DNA from: Selaginella moellendorffii
Lineage: Eukaryota > Plantae > Lycopodiophyta
Reading direction: 5' to 3'
Assembly (NCBI RefSeq): GCF_000143415.4
Contig: NW_003314286.1
Span: 1,487,718-1,551,717, forward strand
Length of the DNA stretch: 64,000 nucleotides
Shown here one piece after another: positions 38,011-49,274 of the stretch. The notes below the pieces were generated by a model. That model did no database searches, was not told the DNA's origin, and saw nothing but the letters and a program-made list of their open reading frames with translations. Both the position numbers and the translations under genes were made by a program. Positions within the stretch are counted from its first letter, which is position 1. Every line of letters begins with the position of its first letter.

Positions 38011-40029
38011 ATTGTGTTCTAACCAATCCATACCAAAATTAAGGTTAAACGTTTGACTCAACACCACCTGTAGTGACTAAAACTCAAATTTGAGATCACC
38101 CACACTCATAACTAGTTAAAATCTTGTACAACTTATATATGTATTTGCTCCAACCACCCTTGATGATACTTTTCGAGTAACACAACATTATAAAACATTA
38201 CCTCTTCCATTTTTCAATACATATCTTTTAGCTCCACTTCCTATAAAAGATAGTTTTATTCCGATGGAAGTTAATGCTATTGTTGCTTATGTTCAAGGAT
38301 AGGGGTAAGGACATAGTTGTGGCCATAATATCCATTGCTAAGTGTATAATAAGGTTGGCTATACATATCAATGTTGTCCGAATTTTCCAGATTAATATCC
38401 TCCATTTCCTAGATGAAGGTTTTGGCATCAATAACATTTTATTGGTTGTGGTGGAAGGTCTAGATATTAAAATCCTTTTAGGTAACATTAAGTCATAAAG
38501 TTTTTGCACTAATAAATCACCATCCTTCTTTTGGGAGTATTATTAAAGGGTTCACTTAGCACTCATTGTTTACATTCCAAATTTGTTTTTATAATAAGAG
38601 GTTTTTTATTATTCTCTTCATGCTGGTTGATACAAGTTTAAGTTTATCTTTTATTGCTTGGTCTGTTGCCACATGTTATCATCTATATTTATATTATGCA
38701 ATATAGACAATTTTCATTCTTTATGGCAATGGTTGTACATATGTATATGCACAAAATGAGGTAAACTAAAGTGTTGGTTATAACATTCTTAATGTGATTT
38801 ATTTTAGCTTCACATTAAATAGGAGGCTTCGGAAGCAAACACCAAATCACATCACTGACTCAAATGACCTTGATGAAGATAATGTAATTGTTGAAAGACA
38901 TCATCACAATCATTAACATGTTTAAATTTGCACTTGAAGACATTCAAGAGAATACTCTAATCTACATGAATGACTACATTTAAATCATTATACCATTGCA
39001 ACACTATCCCTTAAAGGCATATGGGAAACTCACAGAAATACCAAATATTATCCCAAGAATGATATATAACAATCACTGTAAAGTGATTAAACCAATGGTA
39101 TACATCATCCCCAAGATTCCCATGGAAGAACTCCAACTGAATGGTAACAAGAGTAGAAGTTGTAATTACGAATGCCACTATCAACTAAGTTTAATTATTC
39201 AACTATAACTATATAGCATTAAGTAACTGCACCAAAATCAAAGAAGGAGGAGGCTATTTTTTTGCCATAAAAATAAATGAAAAGGAGAAAAAACAAAATA
39301 GAAAAATTTGAAAAAGTTATAAAGTCTAGATAATGTAAAAGTTAAATTTAGACCAAAATCCCAAATCCAAACACTCCTTAGGATAATCAAAATTGTTCCT
39401 CATTTCCATAAAAGTGAATGCATACAATATAGAAAGGGAATATATCAATTAGGACATAAATCCTAGTTAATATATAAGAGTGAGTGTATCAAAATCCCAT
39501 TATGCTAATCTTAGTGTATAGCTGTTAATATTAGTATATGGCATTGTAGCTGTACACTTTGACTTCACAAATAGAAATTTATTAAAATTAAAATATTTTT
39601 ATATGTTTATGGAAAATATATTTTTGTTGATAAGAATATAAAAATCAAAACTCTTGATGCTTTTAAATGTATTATTATTTTGTGCAGCATCACGAAGTTT
39701 CTACAGAGCCATCTTGACTTGAGTATCAAACTTTCCATCAAGGCAGCACCTTGCCATAAACACTGACCAATGTAGCAGAAAAGGGATCACCAAGCTGACA
39801 TAGAAATGAAGTTGGGTGTGTACTCTCTGCCTTGCTCCAGAGCTGAGCCCATGCAAATCCGGAGGAAAGGCTCCCCAGAGCAGAAAGTTGGCTTTGTCCA
39901 CCATGGTTTTTTCTTCATGTCTTTCTGGAGAGGAGGGGTCTCGATTGGGCCACAGTCGTAGTTTTCTGTGTCTACGAAAAATTTCAAAAGTGGCAGTCGT
40001 TGTTTGTCATACTATCTTTCGAATCCAGG

Positions 40030-40392
40030 TTTCAGCAGGGCTACATACGCTGCTCAAGCATTGCCTGACTTGACACTTTCTACTGCTCTAAAGCTCCTTT
40101 CCTTGAATGAATCAGCATCTGGGCTTCTGCAGGAAGCTCCTAACAGACTCCTCCATCCCTCCGAGTTTGGCTCATATGACATCGTTCAATGAGCTCCTGC
40201 GCCATGCCAAAGTAGCCACCCCAGATCAACCATGCAACTTGTAGTGTTGTATTCCCGGGTGAATATTGTAGTCCTGAATCATCGACTGGAAGTAACACCG
40301 TCCAGAGTAAACATCTCCTTTGTGGCTAGCCGCATGAGATTATCGCCCACGTAAAAGAAAACTCGTCCCGAAGAACAGTCATTGCCATCGAG
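40030..40392 (-). pseudogene. Frameshifted duplicate of the 3' end of PPR gene 24021-25871
   Basis: Colinear with ~24045-24393 (actgctctaaagctc...gtcctgaatcatcgactggaagtaacaccgtccagagtaaac...gccatcgag) with small indels. Confidence 0.88.
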
Positions 40393-40452
40393 CAAAGTTC
40401 AAACGGTCAATGGTAAACGAAAGTCAAATCTCATCAAAGTTGGCCTTTTTAT

Positions 40453-42509
40453 TTAGCGAGACCTTCTAATGCTCGACCACGATCTCTTCAACTCTTTCCT
40501 ACATCTCCTAAAGATGCTATCGTATAACACATCGAAGTGAATCCCAGCTCTATCTCTATTGACGATAAAATAGATGTGATCGGCTTCGAGGATGGTAAAA
40601 TACCTGTATTAAGAGAAGTTTATGAGCACGGGAAATAGAAGCAAAGAATGAAGATCACAGTACCAAACTCCAGGTTGCAAAGCTTGGCCATCTTTAAAAT
40701 CCGGTGCCAAAGGACAGTTCTTGTGAGAGTATGGAAACCGGGGATAAAGCATGGATATGGTGTTCAATGCGCCGTCATTGTCTTGCCAATCTTCGTCCCT
40801 GCTCGAAACCGTGAGAAACTTGGCACAAACAAGCAAGCACTTTGCTTTACCTGTAGCCTTCGTATGGGATATCCGGCAATGGATGCTTCCAACAGCTTAT
40901 TTGCAGCGATCTTATCATCAGCAGCGGATGGATGTCAAGGAGCCTCGAAGGCACGATCCGTCCAAGGAGTTTTGTGGTCCTTTTCGTCGCATAGCTGATA
41001 TAAGATTAGCAGGAAATGATTTAGTTCAGTTTTAGCAAGATCGAAGGAGCTGGATTTGCTTACCTGAAGTAGAATGTGTTCCTGTGAGTTCCCAAGTTGC
41101 TGTTGATCCCTACAGCGGACTGGATGCTTAGATCTGGAAGGATCCAGTCTCCGGTTGCAAATGGACCCGAATGACCAGCCAAGCACTTCACCAGGCCTCT
41201 GAGTCCAATCTTGTGCCACGGGAGTGTAAAGTGCTCGAAGCCAAAACCATAGTACTTTTTGAAGACAGGAATATCCAGCCACTCGTAGACAAGCACGGCT
41301 ATCTTGAGAAGCTGTAGAAGAGACACCGTTTTCATTGTTTTCCCATCGAGGCTGCAAGAAGAAAATGTCAGATAAGCTGCATCAAAACTGTTGTCTGATT
41401 GTTGGCTTACTTGAGACCATCGATGTAGACTCTGGTGGTGCCATTTAAAGCTCCAGATAGCGAAGTCAGGCTCAAGACCCAATCAGCAGTAGACTCGTTG
41501 TAACCTTCAAAGTGCTGCAAAGTAATCCAGAGGAACGAAACAAAAAAATCAAAACACAAAACAACAAAAGACTAATGAATCACACCTTATCTGCAAGCAT
41601 TTGTTGAAGAACACGAATAACCTGCGCACCAGTGGAGTGTCCCACGAAATGAATGGGGTGGCTTTCATCCCATTCAGGATAGTGACCTGTGAAATCAGAA
41701 GAAAAAAACTTTAGAGAAAGGATTTTCAAGTTGGCATTGCTGACCTTGGCCATAATTCTTGCCAAACTGCGAGTGTCCGTAGTGTTGGCTGTGCTCAAAG
41801 CCGTAGTCGACAATCCCACCTTTGAGATAATAAAAGAGCTCACGAGCCCTGCGTGAAGAAAAAAAAGAGAGATCAAGTTCACGAAGAACAGATCTTTTTT
41901 CACGAAGAACTTATGCGCAACCTTACCTGTCATGGATGCTTGTCAGCGAACCAAGGTCCGGAACAAGCACTCTCTCGTCCTTCTCTTCCGCTCCAGCCCA
42001 GTAAGAAATGTTCCCAAGTTTCTAAAGAACAAACAAAGAAGCTTGAGCTTGTCCTCCTCTGTTGACGATGAGCGAGGAGGAGACGAGGACGAGGATGAAG
42101 AAGGAAGAATGGAGAAAGAAAAGAAACTTACCCCTTTGCCAAATCCAAAGATCCCATGGACAAGAACAATGGGGGCCTTCTCGTGGCCGTCGAGAAATGT
42201 CCCGTGGTGCGTCGTGGCGCTGCTCTCCTGCGGCGATCTCACCTCCTTGTTAGCCAAGAACATGTGAGTCTCTTCCTCCGATTCGTCCTCGGGCTGCAAC
42301 GCCACAACCCTGGAAGCCCTGATTCGCCGCCGGAAGCTACTGCAGCATAGCTGGATCGCGTCACCTAGCAGCACCGTGCTCACGATCGTCATCGCGTACG
42401 TGAAATGTACCGCCACGCTCAGCCCCAGCTCGGCGAAGAGCCACCAGTAGTGGAAGAGACCGCGCATTATCAGCCAGCGGCGGCACGGCGATGATCGGCC
42501 GCAAGCCAT
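40453..42509 (-). CDS. Alpha/beta-hydrolase lipase (plant family resembling bacterial family I.5/I.6 lipases), multi-exon
   Basis: PIVLVHGIFGFG, VPDLGSLTSIHDR, HFVGHSTGAQV (Ser), WQDNDGALNTISM, EADHIYF; TAA at 40453-40455. The start could be the ATG ~14 codons downstream. Confidence 0.88.
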
Positions 42510-42970
42510 GACTAGAGAAATCGAGAATCCGGATGGCTGGATCGAGCGCGATCTAAGAGAGACGAGGGAGAGTGAATTTGCCCTAGCTAGTAGCGCGCAT
42601 CCAATTCAGCCATCATTCAAGGGATTAGACACACCACGGCCTCGTTTTCGCGCGGTTTTTGTTGTGAGCTGGATTTTAAATTTTAACTGAGAATGGAATC
42701 GCGCGTTTTGACTTGGCAAAGGGATTAATGTTTTTATCTCTTTCATCGAGGACCATGGGTTGACCACGCACGACCGCTTTGACAAAGTCAAGAGAAGGCT
42801 GACCATCGACTAGCAGCCTTTTACAACGACCTGGAGGTAAGAACTAGTATTGGAAGATCATACTTTTCCTGGACCTTGATCGACACAAAGGAAAGTATGA
42901 TCTTCCAATGCAAGTATGATCAAGATCTTGTGAAGCAAAGGTACGTACCTTCGATTCGCTGAAGTTTGAA

Positions 42971-44554
42971 TCACATTCGTGTGCACAAGTTGGCGAGCAG
43001 CACGTACGCAGCATCGTTCCCCGGATTCACATCCAGCGCCTCCTTGCTCGCACAGGACCCGCGTCTCAGATCTCTGTGACTCCCGCAAGCGCCCAACAAG
43101 CACGTCCAGTCGAGAGCGTCCGGCACGAACGGCATGCTGCTCACCAGCTCCTGTGCGTCTGCCAAGTGACCGGCGCGCCCGAGGAGGTCGACGATGCCGC
43201 AGTAGTGCTCTCTTGTCGGCCGCAGTTCAAAGTCGCGGCTGATCGACGCAAAGCAGCTCCAGCCAGCCTCCACTCCGCCCGTGTGGCTGAAAGCCAGCAG
43301 CACGCTGATGAGACAAACTCCGTCCGGGACGATGGTCGTGTTCATCCGGTGGAAGAGCTCGATCACCTCCTCGTGACGACCATCTCGAGCAAATGCCGCT
43401 AGCAGAGCCGTCCACGAGACGAGATCCCTGGAAAACATCTGCTCGAACGTCTGCTTTGCCGCTCGCAGCTGCCCGTCTCGAGTATACGCCGAGAGCATCG
43501 TGTTCCAGGAAACTTGGTCACGCTCCGGCATTCGATCGAAGAGAAGCTTCGTATCGACGAGGTGCTGGCCGTCGTGGTTGTACGCAGCTAGCATGGCGTT
43601 GAGAGACACCTGGTTTTTCTCCTCCATGCCGTCGAAGATGTGCTTGGCTTCTTCCAGCCGACCGCTCTTTGCGTAGGCTGAGAGCATCGCAGTCCATGAA
43701 ACAAGGTCCAGCTCCGGCATTTGGTCGAAGACTAGCTTGGCCTCTTGCAGTTTTCCACTGTTTGTCAAAAGTCCCAGCATCGCCGTGCAAGTGAGGAGGT
43801 TCTTCTCGTCCATTGTCTCGAAGACTCGCTTGGCTCTGCTCGCTTGGCCAGACTGCGCAAGAGCTACGAGCATGGCTGTCCAGGAGACGAGGTTCCTCTC
43901 GGGCATCTTGTCAAACACCTGCTTAGCCTTTTCCACCTGACCATTTTGAGCATACGCCGCTAACATCGCAGTCCATGAAACCAGGTTCCTCTCCTCCATC
44001 TCGTCAAACACTGACTTGGCTTTGTCCAGCTTCCCGTGCCGAGCGTAAACCGAAAGCATCGCACTCCACGAGATGAGATCTCTCTCTGGCATCTCGTCGA
44101 ACAACGCCTCTGCTAGTTGCAAGTGACCATTCTCCGCAAACGCGGTGAGCATAGCCGTCCAGCAAACCAGGTCCCTTTCTGGCATCCAGTCGAACAGCGT
44201 CTTTGCTTCCTCGAGGTGGCTTCGATCTGTGTAGGCGACCAGCATTCCTGTCCAGGCCACGAGATTTCTTCCCGGCATCTTGTCGAACAGTGACTTGGCC
44301 TCCTGGAGATGCCCGTTCCGGGCATACACCGAGAGTAGCAAAGCCCAAGTGAAGAGGTTCTTCTGCCGCATGGAATCGAAAACTTCCTGTGCATCGACCA
44401 TGCTGCCGCATCTTCCATACATCTCGATCACGATGTTGGAGACGAACAAGTCGCCAGCCTCGAGGAGACGCAAAACTTGAAGATGGGCCTCCCTGGCGGC
44501 GTGGATCGTCCGCGTGGATCTTATCAGATGAATGCAGCCAGCCCTGTCAACCAT
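42971..44554 (-). CDS. PLS-class PPR-E protein (S/SS-rich), no DYW
   Basis: MPERDLVSWTAML repeats, HYCGIVDLLGRAG, WTCLLGAC, AAYVLLAN. First ATG at 44554. Confidence 0.92.
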   Translation of the reverse strand: MVDRAGCIHLIRSTRTIHAAREAHLQVLRLLEAGDLFVSNIVIEMYGRCGSMVDAQEVFDSMRQKNLFTWALLLSVYARNGHLQEAKSLFDKMPGRNLVAWTGMLVAYTDRSHLEEAKTLFDWMPERDLVCWTAMLTAFAENGHLQLAEALFDEMPERDLISWSAMLSVYARHGKLDKAKSVFDEMEERNLVSWTAMLAAYAQNGQVEKAKQVFDKMPERNLVSWTAMLVALAQSGQASRAKRVFETMDEKNLLTCTAMLGLLTNSGKLQEAKLVFDQMPELDLVSWTAMLSAYAKSGRLEEAKHIFDGMEEKNQVSLNAMLAAYNHDGQHLVDTKLLFDRMPERDQVSWNTMLSAYTRDGQLRAAKQTFEQMFSRDLVSWTALLAAFARDGRHEEVIELFHRMNTTIVPDGVCLISVLLAFSHTGGVEAGWSCFASISRDFELRPTREHYCGIVDLLGRAGHLADAQELVSSMPFVPDALDWTCLLGACGSHRDLRRGSCASKEALDVNPGNDAAYVLLANLCTRM

Positions 44555-46907
44555 CTTCTCCTCCACGCGGCTGCAAAACGTTCGCCATCAGCGAGTAATC
44601 TGACCCTTGTACCTCATCGCCCCGTTGAAGTAGCGACTGGAATGTGCTCCTTGCTACCGCCAAGTCCGCCACCTTTGAGCAAGCACTGAGAATGATCCGC
44701 CAAGTCAGTCCGTTTGGCTCGTAAGGCATGGAAAGCGCCACCTCTATAGCTCGGTTCACCTGGTTGCCACGTCCGAGCAAGTCGATCAGGCAGTGGTAGT
44801 GCTCGAGGCGAGGCTCGACTTTAAACTTGGAGCCCATGCTCCGGAAGATCTCGCTGCCTGCATCCACAAGCCCAGCGTGACTACATGCGTTTAAAGCCAA
44901 GAGTAGAGTTACCGAGTCGGGATTCACGGATTGCTGCTGCATTCGGCCGAAGGCATCCAACAGACTGTCTGTCTGTCCGGCGCGGCTGTAGCCAACCATC
45001 AACGCGTTCCAAGTTACCGTCTCGTTCGTGGGAAACGAGTCAAAAACGTAAGTAGCATCGAGCGTTCTCGCGCATCTGCCATAAAAATCCACCAGAGAAT
45101 TCGTCAAGGCTGTGGAACTTTCAAATCCATACCTCAGAATGTCGCCATGGATCGACTTCCCAGTCGCCAGCTCCGTCAGGGATCCGCAGGCTTTGAGTGC
45201 CACCGCCAAAGTCGAAGCATTTGTGGTGATACTTCGAGATCGCAAATCAGCGAAGTACTCCAGTGCTATTTCACTCTCCCCGTTGTCAATGTACGCAAGG
45301 ATCAATGCGTTCCAGGATACCACGTCGTGACGAACTAGTTCGATACCGTCGAAGGCTCTTTTGGCGTCCACCATACTACCGAGGCTTGAGTACATGTCCA
45401 CCAGCGTACTCACAATCAGCCAGTTGGAGCCATAACCATCCTTCCGAGCATAGCTGTGCACAGCCATTCCTTTCTCCAGCACTTGAGCTCGATCTTCTGG
45501 TTTCAACACTTTCACAGCTAGACCACTGCACGCCTTCAACGCCACGACGAAGCTAAGAGCATCAACAGGACAGTCCTGGAGGTCAAAAGCCTGTAGAGCC
45601 TGTTGCTCGTCCCCGTTTTCCACATATCCAAGTATCAAGGCGGTCCAGGAACGAACATCACGATGCTTCATGCCGTCAAACACCCTCTGAGAATCCACCA
45701 TACTTCCACACTTTGCGTAGAAGTCCACCAAAGTGTTCCCAACGAAACTGTTGAAGTTGCCAGCCTTTTCAGCTATAGAGTGAAAAAGCATTCCTTTCTC
45801 AAGAGCTTCCACCTTGACCATCTTCTCGTTGCCAAGCTCTTTAAGCTTTTCCTTCGATGCCAAAATGCCACAAGCCTTTAGTGCAGCGACCAAGGTTCTA
45901 CTGTCGGATCGAATTTGAAACCGCATCATATCTGTGAACAAGCTTAGAGCCAGCTCGGCTTCCTGGTTCTCCACGTATCCCAGAATCAACGAATTCCAGG
46001 AAACGAGATCACGAAATGGCATCTTGTAGAACACCCTGCTCGAATCCACCATGCTCCCACACTTGGCATACATGTCCACCAGGATGTTCGAGAGAACTAG
46101 ATTCGGCTCGAAACCATTCTTCTCCGCGTCGCTGTGAATGGCCATGCCTTTGCTCAGAGCATCCAACTTGTTTCCTTTCGCACCAATACCAGCGCAAGCA
46201 CGTAGAGCAGCGGCAAAAGCTAGAGCATCCGGTCGACCAACACGTCGCAAGAGCTGGAACATCTCGAGTGCTTCCTTCTCTTCTCCATTGTAGACATATC
46301 CAGCCAGCAAAGAGTTCCAAGCCACCGCTGTTGGATGAGCCATCGCGTCAAACACCCGTCTGGAATCCGCCATGCTTCCACACTTTGCGTAGAGGTCGAC
46401 AAGAGAACTGCCAACAAAGTCGTTCCTGTGAGCTCCAATCGAGGCCGCATAGCCGTGGACGAGCTTCGCCTTTTCCAGCGATTTTAGCTTAGTTCCAGCG
46501 TTCCAATCCTCCTTTCTTGCCAGATTGACGCAAGCTCTTAGACCAGCTACGAACGATCGCGAATCTGGAGCACAGCCATACTCTTCCATCCGAAAGAGCA
46601 TCTCCAGCGCAGTCTCTTCCTGCCCATTCTCCGCGTATCCCAGAATCAAACAGTTCCACGACACGAGATCCGGCCACTGTAACGCATCAAACACCCTCCT
46701 CGCGTTCTCCGGGCTCCCACATTTCCCATACATGCTGACAATGGAATTCGCCACCAGAATCCCCTGCTCGATCCCAGCCCGGATCACGATCGCGTGGACT
46801 CTCTCCGCGCTCTGCAAATCCCTGGCGCTGCCGCAAGCGCCGAGCAAGGCAAAAATGCCCGATCCAAGGCGCTGCTGGACGGCGATGCTCGCCGCGACCT
46901 CTGTCAT
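44547..46907 (-). CDS. PLS-class PPR-E protein with elongated L motifs
   Basis: 786-aa intronless ORF with Y.KCGSM.DS..VF repeats, HYHCLIDLLGRGN, WRIILSAC and DYSLMAN. Confidence 0.92.
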   Translation of the reverse strand: MTEVAASIAVQQRLGSGIFALLGACGSARDLQSAERVHAIVIRAGIEQGILVANSIVSMYGKCGSPENARRVFDALQWPDLVSWNCLILGYAENGQEETALEMLFRMEEYGCAPDSRSFVAGLRACVNLARKEDWNAGTKLKSLEKAKLVHGYAASIGAHRNDFVGSSLVDLYAKCGSMADSRRVFDAMAHPTAVAWNSLLAGYVYNGEEKEALEMFQLLRRVGRPDALAFAAALRACAGIGAKGNKLDALSKGMAIHSDAEKNGFEPNLVLSNILVDMYAKCGSMVDSSRVFYKMPFRDLVSWNSLILGYVENQEAELALSLFTDMMRFQIRSDSRTLVAALKACGILASKEKLKELGNEKMVKVEALEKGMLFHSIAEKAGNFNSFVGNTLVDFYAKCGSMVDSQRVFDGMKHRDVRSWTALILGYVENGDEQQALQAFDLQDCPVDALSFVVALKACSGLAVKVLKPEDRAQVLEKGMAVHSYARKDGYGSNWLIVSTLVDMYSSLGSMVDAKRAFDGIELVRHDVVSWNALILAYIDNGESEIALEYFADLRSRSITTNASTLAVALKACGSLTELATGKSIHGDILRYGFESSTALTNSLVDFYGRCARTLDATYVFDSFPTNETVTWNALMVGYSRAGQTDSLLDAFGRMQQQSVNPDSVTLLLALNACSHAGLVDAGSEIFRSMGSKFKVEPRLEHYHCLIDLLGRGNQVNRAIEVALSMPYEPNGLTWRIILSACSKVADLAVARSTFQSLLQRGDEVQGSDYSLMANVLQPRGGEDG

Positions 46908-47132
46908 GCATCGCCGCTAGCTGGAAAGAACCTACTCACAGGAATCGACGAGCGCCAGAGCCAAGAACCCTAGAGAACGAGCTAAGAACCCTAGAACACA
47001 TACATTCCCGCCATTATAAATAGCCAAAAGCTCGAATTTTATTCGTGTATCGGCACCATCGTTTAGAAAACTTGTCCAGGCCACTGCGCGGCCTCGTTGC
47101 TAGCTATTCATACAAACACAAAGGAATTTTCC

Positions 47133-48819
47133 TTACCCCCGGCTGGCTATGTACGAGACCACCACCGTGATGTCGTCCATTTTGCCACCATGGAAGCGAT
47201 ATCCAGCGTCTTGGGCCGCCGCCGCGAATGGAGTCTGGCGATTCCTGTCCAGAGCGCTCGACCTGGCAAGAGTCGCCAGTTTCTCCGCTGTAAGCTGCGG
47301 CCCAAATCCCGATCGAGTCGAATGAACGACGACGCTGGCTACTTCTGTATCATACACGTTGTCGAACAGGCCGTCCGTTCCCACGACTATAACATCTCCG
47401 GCAGCAACTTGCACCGAGAACACCTGCGTAGAAACCGGAAGAACTTAAAGAGTTTTCTAGCGAGAGATGTCTGGCGAACCTGTGCGCAAGTCGGTGGATC
47501 GCTGCCGCCGTGCTCGAGTTGATACGGGATGTTGAAGAGGTGTTGTTGAACTGGCGACTTAAACACTGTTTTCCCGTTTCTCAGCACGATGAAGCCACTG
47601 TCACCAAGGTTTGCTGCTTGAAGTCCCTGCAAAACAGGAACACTATCAGTAAAGAAGATAAAAAACGAGAAGGAAAGTTCTCACATTGTCCGAGAGAGCT
47701 AGAATGCATGCTGTGGATGACCCCTTACACTTCGTCTTCGAGTGAGCTCTAACGAGAATCCTGACAGGGTCGACCAGCCCGTGAGGCTCTTGCTGCGCGG
47801 CTATGATGGACTGCACCATAAGTTCCCTCGCGTACTGGCCAGCGTCCACTCCAACGTCGGCCCAGCCGCCAACACCGTCGGCAACACCCACGACTTTTTC
47901 GTTGTCGCAGATGAAATGCGCATCTTCGCCACCCTTGGCTTGTTTGTCTGGATGAGGAAGATAGCACGCACCCGAGACCAGCGTCAGTGGTCTACTTTGT
48001 CCAGCAGTCCTGCATCAAACCGGATCAAACACAAAGAAACAAAGAAAGAAGCGACAGGAGAAAGAATCTTTGTTACCCCTCCGAGCAGCCTGAAACATTC
48101 CCCTCAGTGTCGGAGTCCAAAACTATCCCTGGCGAGAGAAGATCAGCCTCCTTGGAGCTGGAGTTGTGCTGAGACAATCTCCGCGAGCTTGCGGCGTCCT
48201 TGTCGAAAGCTCCCTGGCCAAGCCGGAAGCAATGATACGCAGCAGTGTCATGGAGAAGGCCACGACCCCCTGTCCCTCTCGAGGAGGAGAAAGTATTCTC
48301 GATCCACTTGGACCAGGAATCTCTCCCTTCCTTGCCACCTCCACCACCGTCCAGTTGGAACTCACACACTGCCCCGCCCCCTCTCGCCACGCACGACGAA
48401 CTACCCCCGGAGTTCTTCCCCGAGAAAGAGACCGGCAACCTTCCATCGACCAAAAGTTGCCACGACTGGTAGCTACAGCTCTGCCAAGCCGGACCAAACA
48501 CCGAGGGAGTGGCGAATGCCCGAGAGAATGCCTCGGACACCGAAAGCGGAGCGCCCTCTTCGAAATTGGAAGAATCGGCGCTGGAAGAACTCGAGGAAGA
48601 CGAAGACGATGGTGGCACTCTTCGCGTACCCCGAGCAGCGCCACCAATGGCGGTCTTGGCCGAAGAATAGACGGGATAGGCTGCGGCGGCCTTGGCCCTT
48701 CCAAACAAAACGTTGAGCCGATGCTGTGATTGCCTATAGCTACTGCTAGTACCTGCTTTCAACTTCCACACGATCTGGGGGGTCGGCATCCTCAGCTCGC
48801 AAGAGGGCGAGCACTGCAT
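47133..48819 (-). CDS. Protein phosphatase 2C, PTC7-like, multi-exon
   Basis: CYLPHPDK...[48 protein letters not shown]; long transit-peptide-like N-terminus. Start at 48819 or 48789. Confidence 0.9.
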
Positions 48820-49124
48820 GATTCGGCCGCCCGCCTGCGAATCAGCAATCCCTCACCATCGCCGCCTTCCCATGGAGCTGGAGAAGAGAAAGGAGAGAGA
48901 AAGAGAGCGAATCAGTCCCACGCACGGAAGAACCCTAGGGTTTTTCCTGTTCCAAAGTCTTTACCTGGCTGTTGGAGCTCCCGGGAGCCGGGCAGTGGAG
49001 TGACCGATCGATCGTGTGGATCGATTGCCCTAGATTGTCGCTGACCTAGGCAAGAAAGAGGGCTTAGTTTTCTTCCGTGCTCCACCCTCTCTTCTCACGA
49101 GCAAATGACATGGCTAGAAAGGTG

Positions 49125-49158
49125 ACGCGTGTCACGGGTACATTTGTGACACGTGTCA
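49125..49158. promoter_or_regulatory. CE3-like plus ABRE/G-box pair in the divergent PP2C / ALG5-like promoter
   Basis: ACGCGTGTC (49125-49133) and palindrome TGACACGTGTCA (49147-49158). Confidence 0.45.
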
Positions 49159-49274
49159 AATAGATTCTTCACTGTATTTGGCTCGAGGCGGGAAGAGCTC
49201 TTTTGTGTTTGTCCGAGCTAGGGTCTTGCGGCGCAGCGATACGTGTTCTTGAGGGATCCCGCATTGGAGGTGCC

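Larger units (their letters stand above)
33230..38950 (-). mobile_element. Decayed Ty3/gypsy element (probable gag, PR, RT, RNase H, IN) with nested insertions
   Basis: Minus-strand order: FGMDWL (protease, ~38030), LYKFLVMPFGL...NFIDNILI (RT, ~37110-36990), HPIVH...NYSIT / KCIIAI*GFEKL...IA*WILKL*IYDFEV (RNase H, on both sides of 36360-36530), then integrase ~36000-33230. Confidence 0.8.

Noticed and set aside
36360-38950. Gypsy pol as an autonomous partner carrying Cassandra LTRs
   Set aside because: The Cassandra LTR interrupts the RNase H coding region rather than bounding the element, so it is a nested insertion.
39701-39987. Short ORFs including FCSGEPFLRICMG as a P450 heme motif
   Set aside because: Spacing does not fit FxxGxRxCxG and no other P450 motifs are present.
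47742-48716. 324-aa plus-strand ORF
   Set aside because: Antisense to PP2C exons, Arg/Pro-rich, with no domain.
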